IMG/VR virus record: IMGVR_UViG_3300030207_001508
Coordinates: 1 to 27,413 of that record
Strand: one strand, 5' to 3'
DNA: 27,413 nt
From: a virus
Lineage: Duplodnaviria > Caudoviricetes
The notes under the pieces were generated by a model, which searched no databases, was not told the origin of the DNA, and saw only the letters and a program-made list of their open reading frames with translations. Below, one piece after another: positions 9,037 through 17,964 of the stretch. A program made the translations under genes and the position numbers. Each line of letters starts with the position of its first letter. Position 1 is the stretch's first letter.

Positions 9037-9624
9037 ATGGCTACAGCACCTGTTTTTAGTGACATACAATCTATTAATCCTTCAGCAATTATTGAACTAT
9101 TTGTTCTTCAATTAGACAATGCTATACATGGTGCAAATACTATATATCGTTTTCATGCAGGTAGTAATTTAAATGCAAATGGTAAAATTGTATGGGCTGG
9201 GAATGATTATTTAAGATTTCCAATAAAAGTGGAAGGCTTTGCTTTTCAACGTGGACAATTACCTCGCCCAACATTATCAGTATCTAATCTTGGACTTGGG
9301 TCAGTTGATGCATTGTCAATATCAGCACTACTTTTAACTGTTAATGAAACAACACCGGGGAATGATTTAGCAGGTGCTTCTATTACAAGAATAAGAACAC
9401 TAGCAAAGTTCATAGATGCAGCAAATTTTGCTAATGGTCAAAATGCAACTGCTGACAATACCGCTGAGTTTCCAAGAGAGGTTTATTATATTGATCGAAA
9501 ATCGGGAGAAAATAGAGATGTTGTTAGCTGGGAACTTGCTGCTGTTTTTGATCTTGCTGGAGTAAGAATTCCTAAACGTCAATGCACTCGTCAAATCTTT
9601 CCTTCTATTGGTACTTTTAGATGA
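9037..9624 (+). CDS. Minor tail protein, lambda gpL-like, lacking the Cys-rich C-terminal domain
   Basis: IIELF, FPIKVEGF, LPRPTLSVSN, RIRTLAKFIDAANF, YYIDRKS, WELAAVFDLAGVRIPKRQ; only one Cys. Confidence 0.88.
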   Translation: MATAPVFSDIQSINPSAIIELFVLQLDNAIHGANTIYRFHAGSNLNANGKIVWAGNDYLRFPIKVEGFAFQRGQLPRPTLSVSNLGLGSVDALSISALLLTVNETTPGNDLAGASITRIRTLAKFIDAANFANGQNATADNTAEFPREVYYIDRKSGENRDVVSWELAAVFDLAGVRIPKRQCTRQIFPSIGTFR

Positions 9625-10322
9625 TTTGGAAAGACGTAGCTTTAGCTCATGCAAAATCAGAAGATCCTAAAGAATCTTGTGGTCTTTTGTTAAATGTAAG
9701 AGGTAAAGAAAGATATTATCCATGTAATAATTTATCTCTTACAAATAATCAATGTTTTATATTAGATCCAGAAGATTATGTAAAAGCCGATAATTTGGGA
9801 GAAATTACAGCAATAATTCATAGTCATCCTGTAACACCTCCAACTCCAAGTCAAGCAGATAAAGTAGCTTGTGAACATAGTAATTTACCTTGGCATATTG
9901 TAAATCCTAAAACTGAGCAATGGGCTTCTTTAAGTCCAACAGGATATAAAGCACCATTGATTGGTAGACAATGGGTGTGGGGTGTAACTGATTGCTGGTC
10001 ATTAGTCCGTGATTACTATAAAGAAGAAAAGAATATTGAATTATTAGATTATGAAAGATCAATGTTACCAGAAGAATTTATTAAAAAACCTTTATTTGAA
10101 AAATATGCAGAAAGAACAGGCTTTAGAGAACTTGCTATAAACGAAAAACTAGAAATAGGAGATGTTTTGTTGATGTCTATATTGCACCCAACTTTAAATC
10201 ATGTAGCTATTTTTTTAGGGGATATGGTTTTACATCATTTAGCAGATAGACTATCTTGTAGAGAACCTTACTCTGAATGGTTGTTAAAATGTACAGGCAA
10301 GAGGTATCGATATGATGCGTAA
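9621..10322 (+). CDS. Tail assembly protein, lambda gpK-like (JAB/MPN plus NlpC/P60)
   Basis: PKESCGL and HSHP...PSQAD (JAMM); GVTDCWSLVRDYY, NHVAIF and LHH (NlpC/P60). Confidence 0.92.
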   Translation: MIWKDVALAHAKSEDPKESCGLLLNVRGKERYYPCNNLSLTNNQCFILDPEDYVKADNLGEITAIIHSHPVTPPTPSQADKVACEHSNLPWHIVNPKTEQWASLSPTGYKAPLIGRQWVWGVTDCWSLVRDYYKEEKNIELLDYERSMLPEEFIKKPLFEKYAERTGFRELAINEKLEIGDVLLMSILHPTLNHVAIFLGDMVLHHLADRLSCREPYSEWLLKCTGKRYRYDA

Positions 10323-10929
10323 TATTGTTTTACATGGAGACTTAGGTAAATTTATAGGTCATAAAAATCTTGAAGCAAAAGTGTCAACTGTTGCTGAATG
10401 CGTAAGATTTTTAATAACTAATTTTCCTCAAGCAGAGGCTTATATGGCAAAAAGATATTACAAAGTAATTTTAAAAGGAGACGATATAAATCAAGATGAG
10501 TTACATAATCCAATAGGTCAAGCTGAAATTAATATTGTTCCTGTAATCTCAGGTGCAGGTGGTAATTTTGGAAAAATATTTTTAGGAGTAGCACTAATAG
10601 GAGCATCGTTTTTATTTCCAGGTGCAGGTATGTTTGGGACTACAAGTTTATTTGGTGCAGGTGCAGGTGCAGGTATAGGAACAACAATCGGTACGGCATT
10701 ATCTGCTGTTGGAGCAGTTATGGTTTTACAAGGTGTAAGTGGAATGTTATTCCCTCTACCTGATGAGCCTGATTTTTCTAGTGAGGGAGATCCTAGAATA
10801 TCATTTAATTTTTCTGGAACTCAAAATACTAGTCGAGCCGGGACTCCTGTTCCAATTGTATATGGAGAAATTTTTACAGGTTCTGTCGTGATTTCTGCTG
10901 CTATAGATACTGAGCAGGTACAAGCATGA
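10312..10929 (+). CDS. Tail assembly protein, lambda gpI-like
   Basis: LHGDLGKF, IVPVISGAGG, Gly-rich hydrophobic segment, NTSRAGTPVPIVYGE. Confidence 0.9.
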   Translation: MMRNIVLHGDLGKFIGHKNLEAKVSTVAECVRFLITNFPQAEAYMAKRYYKVILKGDDINQDELHNPIGQAEINIVPVISGAGGNFGKIFLGVALIGASFLFPGAGMFGTTSLFGAGAGAGIGTTIGTALSAVGAVMVLQGVSGMLFPLPDEPDFSSEGDPRISFNFSGTQNTSRAGTPVPIVYGEIFTGSVVISAAIDTEQVQA

Positions 10930-13900
10930 CGAAAGATAATACAAAAATTATTCGTGGTGCAGGTGGCCCTCCTCCTCCTCCTCCTCCTCCAACTAGAACT
11001 CCTGACACATTACATAGTAGGCAATTTGCTACTATTCAAGATTTAATATCTGAGGGGGAAATAGAAGGATTTGCAACTGCCTCAAAAGAGAATAGAACTA
11101 AAGGTACAACTGCTTATAATAATGCTGCTTTAAAAGATATTTTTTTAAATAAAACTCCTGTTTTAAAATCTAATGCAAATTCAGCAAATCCATTAAGTAC
11201 TGATTTTAATTTTCAAGAAGTAACATTTGTTCCAAGATTTGGAACTTCTAATCAAACATTTATACCAGGCATACAAAGTAGTGAGTCTCCTACTGCTGTA
11301 GGAGTAACTGTCACAGCTTCAACTCCTGTAACAAGACAGATATCGAATACAAATGTTGATGCTGTAAAAGTCACACTTACATGGCCTAATTTACAGAAAA
11401 TTACTGATGGAGGAGATATTTTAGGTACTACTGTGGCATATAAAATACAAATACAATATAACTCTGGAGGTTTTACTGACCTTGTAAGCACTAGCGTTAG
11501 CGGAAGATCTGCTGATGCATACCAAAGGGATCACAGAATAAATTTAACAGGAGCTTTTCCTGTTGATGTAAGAGTTGTAAGAGTTACAGCAGATGCTGCG
11601 GATAGTAATACTGCTGACAGTTTTCAATTTACTAGTTTCTCAGAAATTATTGATGTGCAATCTGCATACCCAAATAGTGCATATTCTCATCTAAGACTTG
11701 ATTCTCAACAATTTACTTCTATACCTCAACGTATGTTTAGGATAAGAGGTATAAAAGTCAGAATACCGGGTGCAGGTGCATCTAGCTCTGGAACTCCAAG
11801 TATTGATGCTACAACTGGTCGCATTGTTTATCCAAGTGGTTATATTTTTAATGGAACAATGGGAGCTGCCGTTTGGTGTTCATGCCCTTCGATGATCTTG
11901 CTTGATCTTTTAACTAACACTAGGTACGGACTAGGAGATCACATTACAGATTCAAATTTAGATTTATTTAGTTTTGTTGCTGCATCTAGGTATGCCAATA
12001 CATTGGTTGATGATGGAACAGGAGCAGGTACTACCGAAGCTAGATTCAGTTGCAATGTAAATATACAGAAAGAGAGCGAAGCTTTTGATGTAATTAATGA
12101 TTTATCTAGCGTTATGAAATGTATGCCAATATGGACGGCAGGTGCTATAACAATCACTCAAGATAAACCAACAGATGCAAGCTATTTATTTAATTTGTCA
12201 AATATAACTTCAAATGGTTTTTCATATACAGGCAGCAGTTTAAAACAAAGACATTCTGTGGTTAAAGTAGGTTACTTTAATATGGACTCGCAAGAAATAG
12301 ATTATGAAATTGTCGAAGATAGCACAGCTATAACTAAGTTTGGAATTTCGATTAAAAATGTAAAAGCATTCGGTTGCACTAGTCGTAATCAAGCTGCTCG
12401 TCTTGGTCGCAGTATTCTTTTTGCGGAACAAAGGGAGTCAGAGGTAATTTCATTTACAACATCTATAGACTCAGGTGCAATTGTTAGACCCGGAACTGTT
12501 ATAGAAGTAAATGATCCTGTTAGAGCAGGTTTAAGAAGAGGCGGTAGATTAAAAAGTGCGACCTCATCTACAGTTGTAACTGTAGATGATACTAGTGCCA
12601 CCGATCTTGCGGTTGATGCAGATGGTAATCCTACAGGGAATGCAACAATATCTTTAATTTTACCTGACGGAAGCCTTGAAGTTGGCACTATATCTGATGT
12701 GACAGGAGGACAGATAACAGTAAATAGTGTTCAAAGGGCAGATGGTACTACTGCTTCTTCTTTTTCACAAACTCCAAATGCTAATACAGTTTGGTTAATA
12801 CAAAATACAACATTACAAGCACAACTATTTAGAGTCATAACAGTTGAAGAACAAGATGATGTTACATATCAAATTTCAGCTTTATCTTATATTCCGGGCA
12901 AATATGACTTTATAGAAGATGGCACACCATTACAGACTCGTACAGTAAGCATATTATCAGGACAAAAAGAACCTCCAGGTAACTTAGATATTGAAGAGAC
13001 AACTGTTGTCATTAATAATATTGCAAGAAGTAAAGTAATAATTAGTTGGAAACCTGTTTTAGGTGTAGCAAAATATTTAGTAACTTATAAGTTTGAAGAC
13101 GGAAATTATGTTTCTGTAGAGACTTATTCGCCTGATGTAGAAATTTTAGATACGCAAAAAGGTAATTATGAAGTGCAAGTATTTTCGTATAACGCAGCTT
13201 TGCAGTTATCATCCACAGCATCGACAGCAACATTTACTGCTGTTGGTAAAACAGCATTACCTGATGACGTACAAAATTTAACTATTGAGCCTGTAAATGA
13301 ACAATTTATAAGATTAAGATTTACACAATCAACTGCAATAGATGTTTTACATGGTGGGAGAGTTTATGTAAGGCATTCCAATCTGCCTATAGGATCTGCT
13401 TCTTTCCAAGCAGCACAAGATGTTATTGAGGCTGTGGCTGGATCTGCTACAGAGGCGATTTGCCCAGCACTTGCAGGTACTTATCTTGTTAAATTCCAAG
13501 ACGATGGTGGTAGATTTAGTACAACAGAAGCAAAAGTTGCATTATCTACAGTACAGATAACTGATGAAATAACTGTAAAAACAGATAGAGAAGATACAGA
13601 TTCAACTCCGTTTAATGGTACAAAATCTAATGTTGTATTTGATAGTACTTTAGGCGGTTTAAAACTTACAAATCCAGTAAGCAACTTAACAGGTACATAT
13701 GATTTTGTTGATACATTGGATTTAGGAGCAGTATTTTCTCTATCTGTAACAAGATTTTTTCAAGGTGTTGGTTTTTACACAGGAGATGAGTTCGATAACA
13801 GAACAGAATTGATAGATACATGGACAGATTTTGATGGGACAATTGCTAATGATGCAAATGCAAGATTAGCAGTACGAACTACAACAGATAACCCAAGCAG

Positions 13901-14318
13901 TTCTCCAACATATTCATCATTTAACGATGTAGCTAATGGAACATTTAAAGGTAGAGGTTTTCAATTTAGAGCAATTTTAGAATCTTCTGATACTGCACAA
14001 AATATTAATCTTCAACAACTTGGTTATTCAGCTACTTTAAAATCAAGAACAGAACAGAGTGCTGTAATAGCATCAGGATCATCAGCAAAAAATGTTACTT
14101 TTACCAATGCTTTCTTTGTTGGAACTTCGGCTCTTGGTAATTTAAATAATTTCTTACCAGCAGTTGCGATTAACCCACAGAATATGGCTACAGGAGATTA
14201 TTTTGAAGTAACTAATGTAAGTGGAACAGGATTTACAGTTCATTTTAAAAATTCAAGTAATGCTAGTATTAATAGGAACTTCACTTACCAAGCTGTTGGT
14301 TTTGGTAAAGGAGGTTAA
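10926..14318 (+). CDS. Central tail tip/host-specificity protein, lambda gpJ-like
   Basis: DLISEGEIEG, RFGTSNQT, YPNSAY, RGIKVRIP, NTRYGLG, AFGCTSRNQAARLGR, FN3-like repeats. Confidence 0.92.
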   Translation: MTKDNTKIIRGAGGPPPPPPPPTRTPDTLHSRQFATIQDLISEGEIEGFATASKENRTKGTTAYNNAALKDIFLNKTPVLKSNANSANPLSTDFNFQEVTFVPRFGTSNQTFIPGIQSSESPTAVGVTVTASTPVTRQISNTNVDAVKVTLTWPNLQKITDGGDILGTTVAYKIQIQYNSGGFTDLVSTSVSGRSADAYQRDHRINLTGAFPVDVRVVRVTADAADSNTADSFQFTSFSEIIDVQSAYPNSAYSHLRLDSQQFTSIPQRMFRIRGIKVRIPGAGASSSGTPSIDATTGRIVYPSGYIFNGTMGAAVWCSCPSMILLDLLTNTRYGLGDHITDSNLDLFSFVAASRYANTLVDDGTGAGTTEARFSCNVNIQKESEAFDVINDLSSVMKCMPIWTAGAITITQDKPTDASYLFNLSNITSNGFSYTGSSLKQRHSVVKVGYFNMDSQEIDYEIVEDSTAITKFGISIKNVKAFGCTSRNQAARLGRSILFAEQRESEVISFTTSIDSGAIVRPGTVIEVNDPVRAGLRRGGRLKSATSSTVVTVDDTSATDLAVDADGNPTGNATISLILPDGSLEVGTISDVTGGQITVNSVQRADGTTASSFSQTPNANTVWLIQNTTLQAQLFRVITVEEQDDVTYQISALSYIPGKYDFIEDGTPLQTRTVSILSGQKEPPGNLDIEETTVVINNIARSKVIISWKPVLGVAKYLVTYKFEDGNYVSVETYSPDVEILDTQKGNYEVQVFSYNAALQLSSTASTATFTAVGKTALPDDVQNLTIEPVNEQFIRLRFTQSTAIDVLHGGRVYVRHSNLPIGSASFQAAQDVIEAVAGSATEAICPALAGTYLVKFQDDGGRFSTTEAKVALSTVQITDEITVKTDREDTDSTPFNGTKSNVVFDSTLGGLKLTNPVSNLTGTYDFVDTLDLGAVFSLSVTRFFQGVGFYTGDEFDNRTELIDTWTDFDGTIANDANARLAVRTTTDNPSSSPTYSSFNDVANGTFKGRGFQFRAILESSDTAQNINLQQLGYSATLKSRTEQSAVIASGSSAKNVTFTNAFFVGTSALGNLNNFLPAVAINPQNMATGDYFEVTNVSGTGFTVHFKNSSNASINRNFTYQAVGFGKGG
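10968..10991 (+). repeat. (CCT)7-CCA trinucleotide repeat encoding Pro8
   Basis: Read directly from sequence; codons 15-22 of the gpJ-like gene. Confidence 0.95.
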
Positions 14319-14342
14319 CATGAAAAAAACTAGTATTTAATC

Positions 14343-15392
14343 GTGGCTGACGTAACTAATTACACAATTGAAAATGCTTCTGGGGCAAATGTGCGAATTG
14401 ATCTTAATAATGTTTTTGCTGCAATTCAATCTAGTAATTCAAAATCTACAGATTTAGCTGCTAGTCAATGTGTGGCAGGTATGCCTTTTCTAAATACAAC
14501 TACAAATATTTTAAAAATTAGAAATAGTGCAAATAATGGTTTTACTGATATTGGAAATATAAATACTGCAAATTTAGGGCTTTTGCCAGCAGGTGGTGGA
14601 ACTATGACAGGTGCTTTATTAGGACATGATGGCTCTAATGCTGCTGCACCTGCATTTAGTTTTGATACAGATACAGATTTAGGTCTATTTAGAAAGGCAG
14701 CAAACATAATGGGATTTAGTTCTGCTGGTACAGAACAAATGGTTTTTGATGCTAATGGAATTACATTAAGATTGCAAAATGAAATAAGATTTGGAGATAG
14801 CAATAGTTCTCATTACACAGCACTTAAATCAGCTTCTACAGTTTCTAGTAATACTACTTTTACTTTGCCTTCAGCAGATGGCAGTAATGGTCAATTTTTA
14901 AAAACAGATGGAAGTGGTGGTTTATCTTTTGCTACAGCAATAACAAGTTTAGCCAATTTAAATGCTAGTAACCTAACATCTGGCACAGTTCCTGATGCAA
15001 GATTTCCAGCGACTTTACCAGCTATTAGTGGTGCAAATCTTACAAATATTAGTGGAGCTGCTGTAAGAGCATTTGTTAATTTTAGAGGAACAGGAACAGT
15101 AGCAATTCTAGCTGGACTTAATGTAAGTTCAATTACCGATAACGGAACTGGAGATTATACAGTTAATTTCACAAGCAATATCGCAGATGCAAATTATACT
15201 CCTGTCTGTATGTCGCATGGACATGACACACAAGGTACACAAATACAACAAGTTGTAAGAGGTATGAGCAATGGAGCGGATAATAGCGGGCCAACTTTAA
15301 TGAGTACGAGTGCTTGCCGAATAAATAGAGGTTATACTAGCAGTAATAATTTTGTAGATGGTGTACGTCTTTTCTTTGCTGTATTAAGATAA
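14343..15392 (+). CDS. Tail fibre 1 (side fibre/receptor-binding protein)
   Basis: N-terminal anchor NASGANVRIDLNNVFAAI; GGTMTGAL, PAFSFDTDTDLGLFR, TLPSADGSNGQFLKTDGSG; C-terminal RAFVNF...NVSSITDNGTGDYTVNF domain. Confidence 0.82.
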   Translation: MADVTNYTIENASGANVRIDLNNVFAAIQSSNSKSTDLAASQCVAGMPFLNTTTNILKIRNSANNGFTDIGNINTANLGLLPAGGGTMTGALLGHDGSNAAAPAFSFDTDTDLGLFRKAANIMGFSSAGTEQMVFDANGITLRLQNEIRFGDSNSSHYTALKSASTVSSNTTFTLPSADGSNGQFLKTDGSGGLSFATAITSLANLNASNLTSGTVPDARFPATLPAISGANLTNISGAAVRAFVNFRGTGTVAILAGLNVSSITDNGTGDYTVNFTSNIADANYTPVCMSHGHDTQGTQIQQVVRGMSNGADNSGPTLMSTSACRINRGYTSSNNFVDGVRLFFAVLR

Positions 15393-15395
15393 GAT

Positions 15396-15404
15396 TGATA
15401 TACT
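15396..15404 (+). promoter_or_regulatory. Putative extended -10 promoter TG-A-TATACT
   Basis: In the short gap before 15420; similar TGn-(T/C)AnnnT at 21526, 23181 and 26953. Confidence 0.35.
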
Positions 15405-15419
15405 GAAATAAAAAAGTTT

Positions 15420-15659
15420 ATGGCTAATTCCGACAGTAGAATTTTATATAAACAAGAAGATGGTACAGTTGGTATAGTTTGCCCTTCAGACAATTGTGGT
15501 TTAACTGTAGAAGAAATCGCAAAAAAAGATGTTCCTAAAGGTTTTAAGTATAAGATAGTACCAGTAACAGATATTCCAACCGATAGGTCTTTTAGAAATG
15601 CTTGGATTGTAAATGAAAGCGATCTTACAGATGGAGTCGGGGAGGCAGACTTAACATGA
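15420..15659 (+). CDS. Putative fibre assembly chaperone, part 1
   Basis: Directly after fibre 1; IAKKDVP...IPTDRSFRNAW motif. Confidence 0.6.
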   Translation: MANSDSRILYKQEDGTVGIVCPSDNCGLTVEEIAKKDVPKGFKYKIVPVTDIPTDRSFRNAWIVNESDLTDGVGEADLT

Positions 15660-15919
15660 GTATTATTTCAACTGACATGACAAAAGCAAAAGCTTTGCAT
15701 AAAGAGGAAATTAGGTATGCAAGAAAAGCAAAACTAGAAGAGTTAGATATTGAATTTCAAAAAGCACAGGAAACAGGTGCATCAACAACTGACATTGTTG
15801 CTAAAAAACAAGCATTGAGAGATGCACCTGCTGATTCAGCTATAGAAGCAGCATCAACTGAAGCTGAACTAAAATCACAATGGAATACATCCATTCTTGG
15901 TACTTCTCCTTATAGCTAA
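15656..15919 (+). CDS. Putative fibre assembly chaperone, part 2
   Basis: ATGA overlap; KAKALHKEEIRYARKAKLEELD...KKQALRDAP resembles helical tail-fibre chaperones. Confidence 0.6.
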   Translation: MSIISTDMTKAKALHKEEIRYARKAKLEELDIEFQKAQETGASTTDIVAKKQALRDAPADSAIEAASTEAELKSQWNTSILGTSPYS

Positions 15920-16260
15920 TGGCAGTTACACCCGGCTCGTATAACATGACAGTTCAAAGACGATCAGACCATAGTGTCCAACTCGTTTTTAAGGACTCTA
16001 ACAATGATGCGATTGATTTAACAGGATATACAGTAGAAGCACAAGTATGGGAGGAAACTCGCACAACAAAATATGCTGACTTTGCTGTTACTTATACAGA
16101 TAGAGCCAATGGAAAAATAGATATAGCACTTACAGATACTCAAACTGCAACATTTATACCATTGATTTTGAAATATGACGTTTTATTGACCAACCCTAGT
16201 GGGTTAAAAGAGTATTATTTAGAAGGAAACATAAATGTAAGTGAAGGTTACACAGCATGA
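15919..16260 (+). CDS. Ig-like/BppU-N-like virion adaptor protein
   Basis: AIDLTGYTVEAQV, GKIDIALTDTQT, YDVLLT...YYLEG. Confidence 0.6.
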   Translation: MAVTPGSYNMTVQRRSDHSVQLVFKDSNNDAIDLTGYTVEAQVWEETRTTKYADFAVTYTDRANGKIDIALTDTQTATFIPLILKYDVLLTNPSGLKEYYLEGNINVSEGYTA

Positions 16261-16484
16261 CCTCAGTTAACGTCACTAATTTAAAAAATACTGTCACAGT
16301 AAATGAGGGCGATACAACTGTTGTTAATGTAACTACTGTCGGGCCACAAGGTCCTAAAGGTATTGACCTTGACGAAACAGCAAAAGTTAATGGCTCTGTC
16401 GTTTACTATGACTCTACTTCTGCTAAATTTAAAGCAGATGCAACAACTACCAAACTAACACTCGTTGATGGGGGTAATTTTTAG
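16257..16484 (+). CDS. Small virion protein with short collagen-like motif and C-terminal DGGNF
   Basis: GPQGPKG; NGSVVYYDSTSAKF; ends LVDGGNF; ATGA overlap. Confidence 0.6.
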   Translation: MTSVNVTNLKNTVTVNEGDTTVVNVTTVGPQGPKGIDLDETAKVNGSVVYYDSTSAKFKADATTTKLTLVDGGNF

Positions 16485-16486
16485 CA

Positions 16487-17938
16487 ATGGCTAACACAAT
16501 TCGTATAAAAAGATCTACAGGATCATCAGCACCAGGTAGTTTGGCAAATGCTGAACTAGCAAGTGCTGAAGGTAATGAGATTATTTATTATGGTAAGGGT
16601 TCCGGGGGTGCTGGAGGTTCTGCAACAAGTATCATAAAAGTTGGTGGTAAGGGTGCTTTTTGGGATAAAGATACAGTAAGAGCAGCCAACTCTGTATTAG
16701 CTGGGCCTGGAAGTGGTAGTGATGCAGCACCCGATTTTAGGGCATTAGTAGCTGCTGATATTCCATCTGTAGCACATACTAAAATATCAGATTTTGATGC
16801 AGGTGTAAGAACAAATAGATTAGATCAAATGGCTGCACCAACAGCTAGTGTAAGTCTTAACTCTCAAACAATTACAAATTTAGCTGATCCAGTAAATACA
16901 CAGGATGCTGCAACTCGTGGTTTTGTTGAGGCTACCTCACAAGGACTTGATGTTAAAGATTCATGCGTAGCTGCAACGACAGGAAATATTACGATTGCTA
17001 CAGCTCTTAATAATGGAGATACACTTGATGGAGTAACACTAGCAGATGGAAATAGAGTATTAGTTAAAGATCAAAGTACAGCATCTCAAAATGGAATATA
17101 TGTAGTTGGATCAAGTCCAGCTAGGGCAGCGGATTTAGCTGCTGGTTCTGATGCAGCAGGTATGTTTACCTTTATTGAACAAGGTACTGTAAATGCTGAT
17201 AACGGCTTTGTTTGTACGAGTAATAAAGGATCAGCGGTCACAGGGACGAATAATCTTACTTACGCTCAATTCTCAGGAGCTGGGCAGATCACGACAGCCG
17301 ATGGATTACAAAAATCTGGTAATACAATTTCGGTTGATTTAAAATCAAATGGTGGACTTGTTATTGAATCTACTGAAATTGCTGTTGATCTTTCTGCTAG
17401 TTCTATAACAGGAACTTTAGCAATTTCTGATGGTGGTACAGGAGCAACCTCTGCTAGTGCAGCAAGAACTGCATTAGGAGTTGCTATAGGTTCTGATGTA
17501 CAAGCTTTTGATGCACAATTAGCTGACGTTGCTGGATTAACTCCTTCTGATAGTGGATTTATTGTTGGGAATGGATCTAATTTTGTCATAGAAAGTGGGG
17601 CTACAGCTCGTGCTTCTCTTGGTCTTACTATTGGAAGTCAAGTTCAAGCTTATGACGCTGACCTTGATAATTTATCGGGTTGTCAATCAGGTGCTTCTTC
17701 TGCTTTAGCTGCATTAACACAAGCTGAAGTTCAGATCTTAGATGGAGCAACTGTTACAACTGCTGAGTTAAATATTATAGATGGAGATACATCGGCAACA
17801 TCAACAACACTTGCTACTGCTGATCGCATGGTAATTAATGATAATGGAACAATGGTTCAAGTTGCGTTATCTGATCTTGTAACTTTTCTTGAAAATGGAA
17901 GTGTATCAGGTTTTGATATAGATGGTGGATCGTATTGA
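16487..17938 (+). CDS. Tail fibre 2 with Mtd-N-like N-terminal trimerisation domain
   Basis: MANTIRIKRS...LANAELA; ITNLADPVNTQDAATRGFV; RVLVKDQSTASQNGIY; two AR(T/A)xLG...VQA(F/Y)DA repeats; ends IDGGSY. Confidence 0.78.
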   Translation: MANTIRIKRSTGSSAPGSLANAELASAEGNEIIYYGKGSGGAGGSATSIIKVGGKGAFWDKDTVRAANSVLAGPGSGSDAAPDFRALVAADIPSVAHTKISDFDAGVRTNRLDQMAAPTASVSLNSQTITNLADPVNTQDAATRGFVEATSQGLDVKDSCVAATTGNITIATALNNGDTLDGVTLADGNRVLVKDQSTASQNGIYVVGSSPARAADLAAGSDAAGMFTFIEQGTVNADNGFVCTSNKGSAVTGTNNLTYAQFSGAGQITTADGLQKSGNTISVDLKSNGGLVIESTEIAVDLSASSITGTLAISDGGTGATSASAARTALGVAIGSDVQAFDAQLADVAGLTPSDSGFIVGNGSNFVIESGATARASLGLTIGSQVQAYDADLDNLSGCQSGASSALAALTQAEVQILDGATVTTAELNIIDGDTSATSTTLATADRMVINDNGTMVQVALSDLVTFLENGSVSGFDIDGGSY

Positions 17939-17964
17939 ATTGAGCTATTAGGAGGTAAAGGCCA

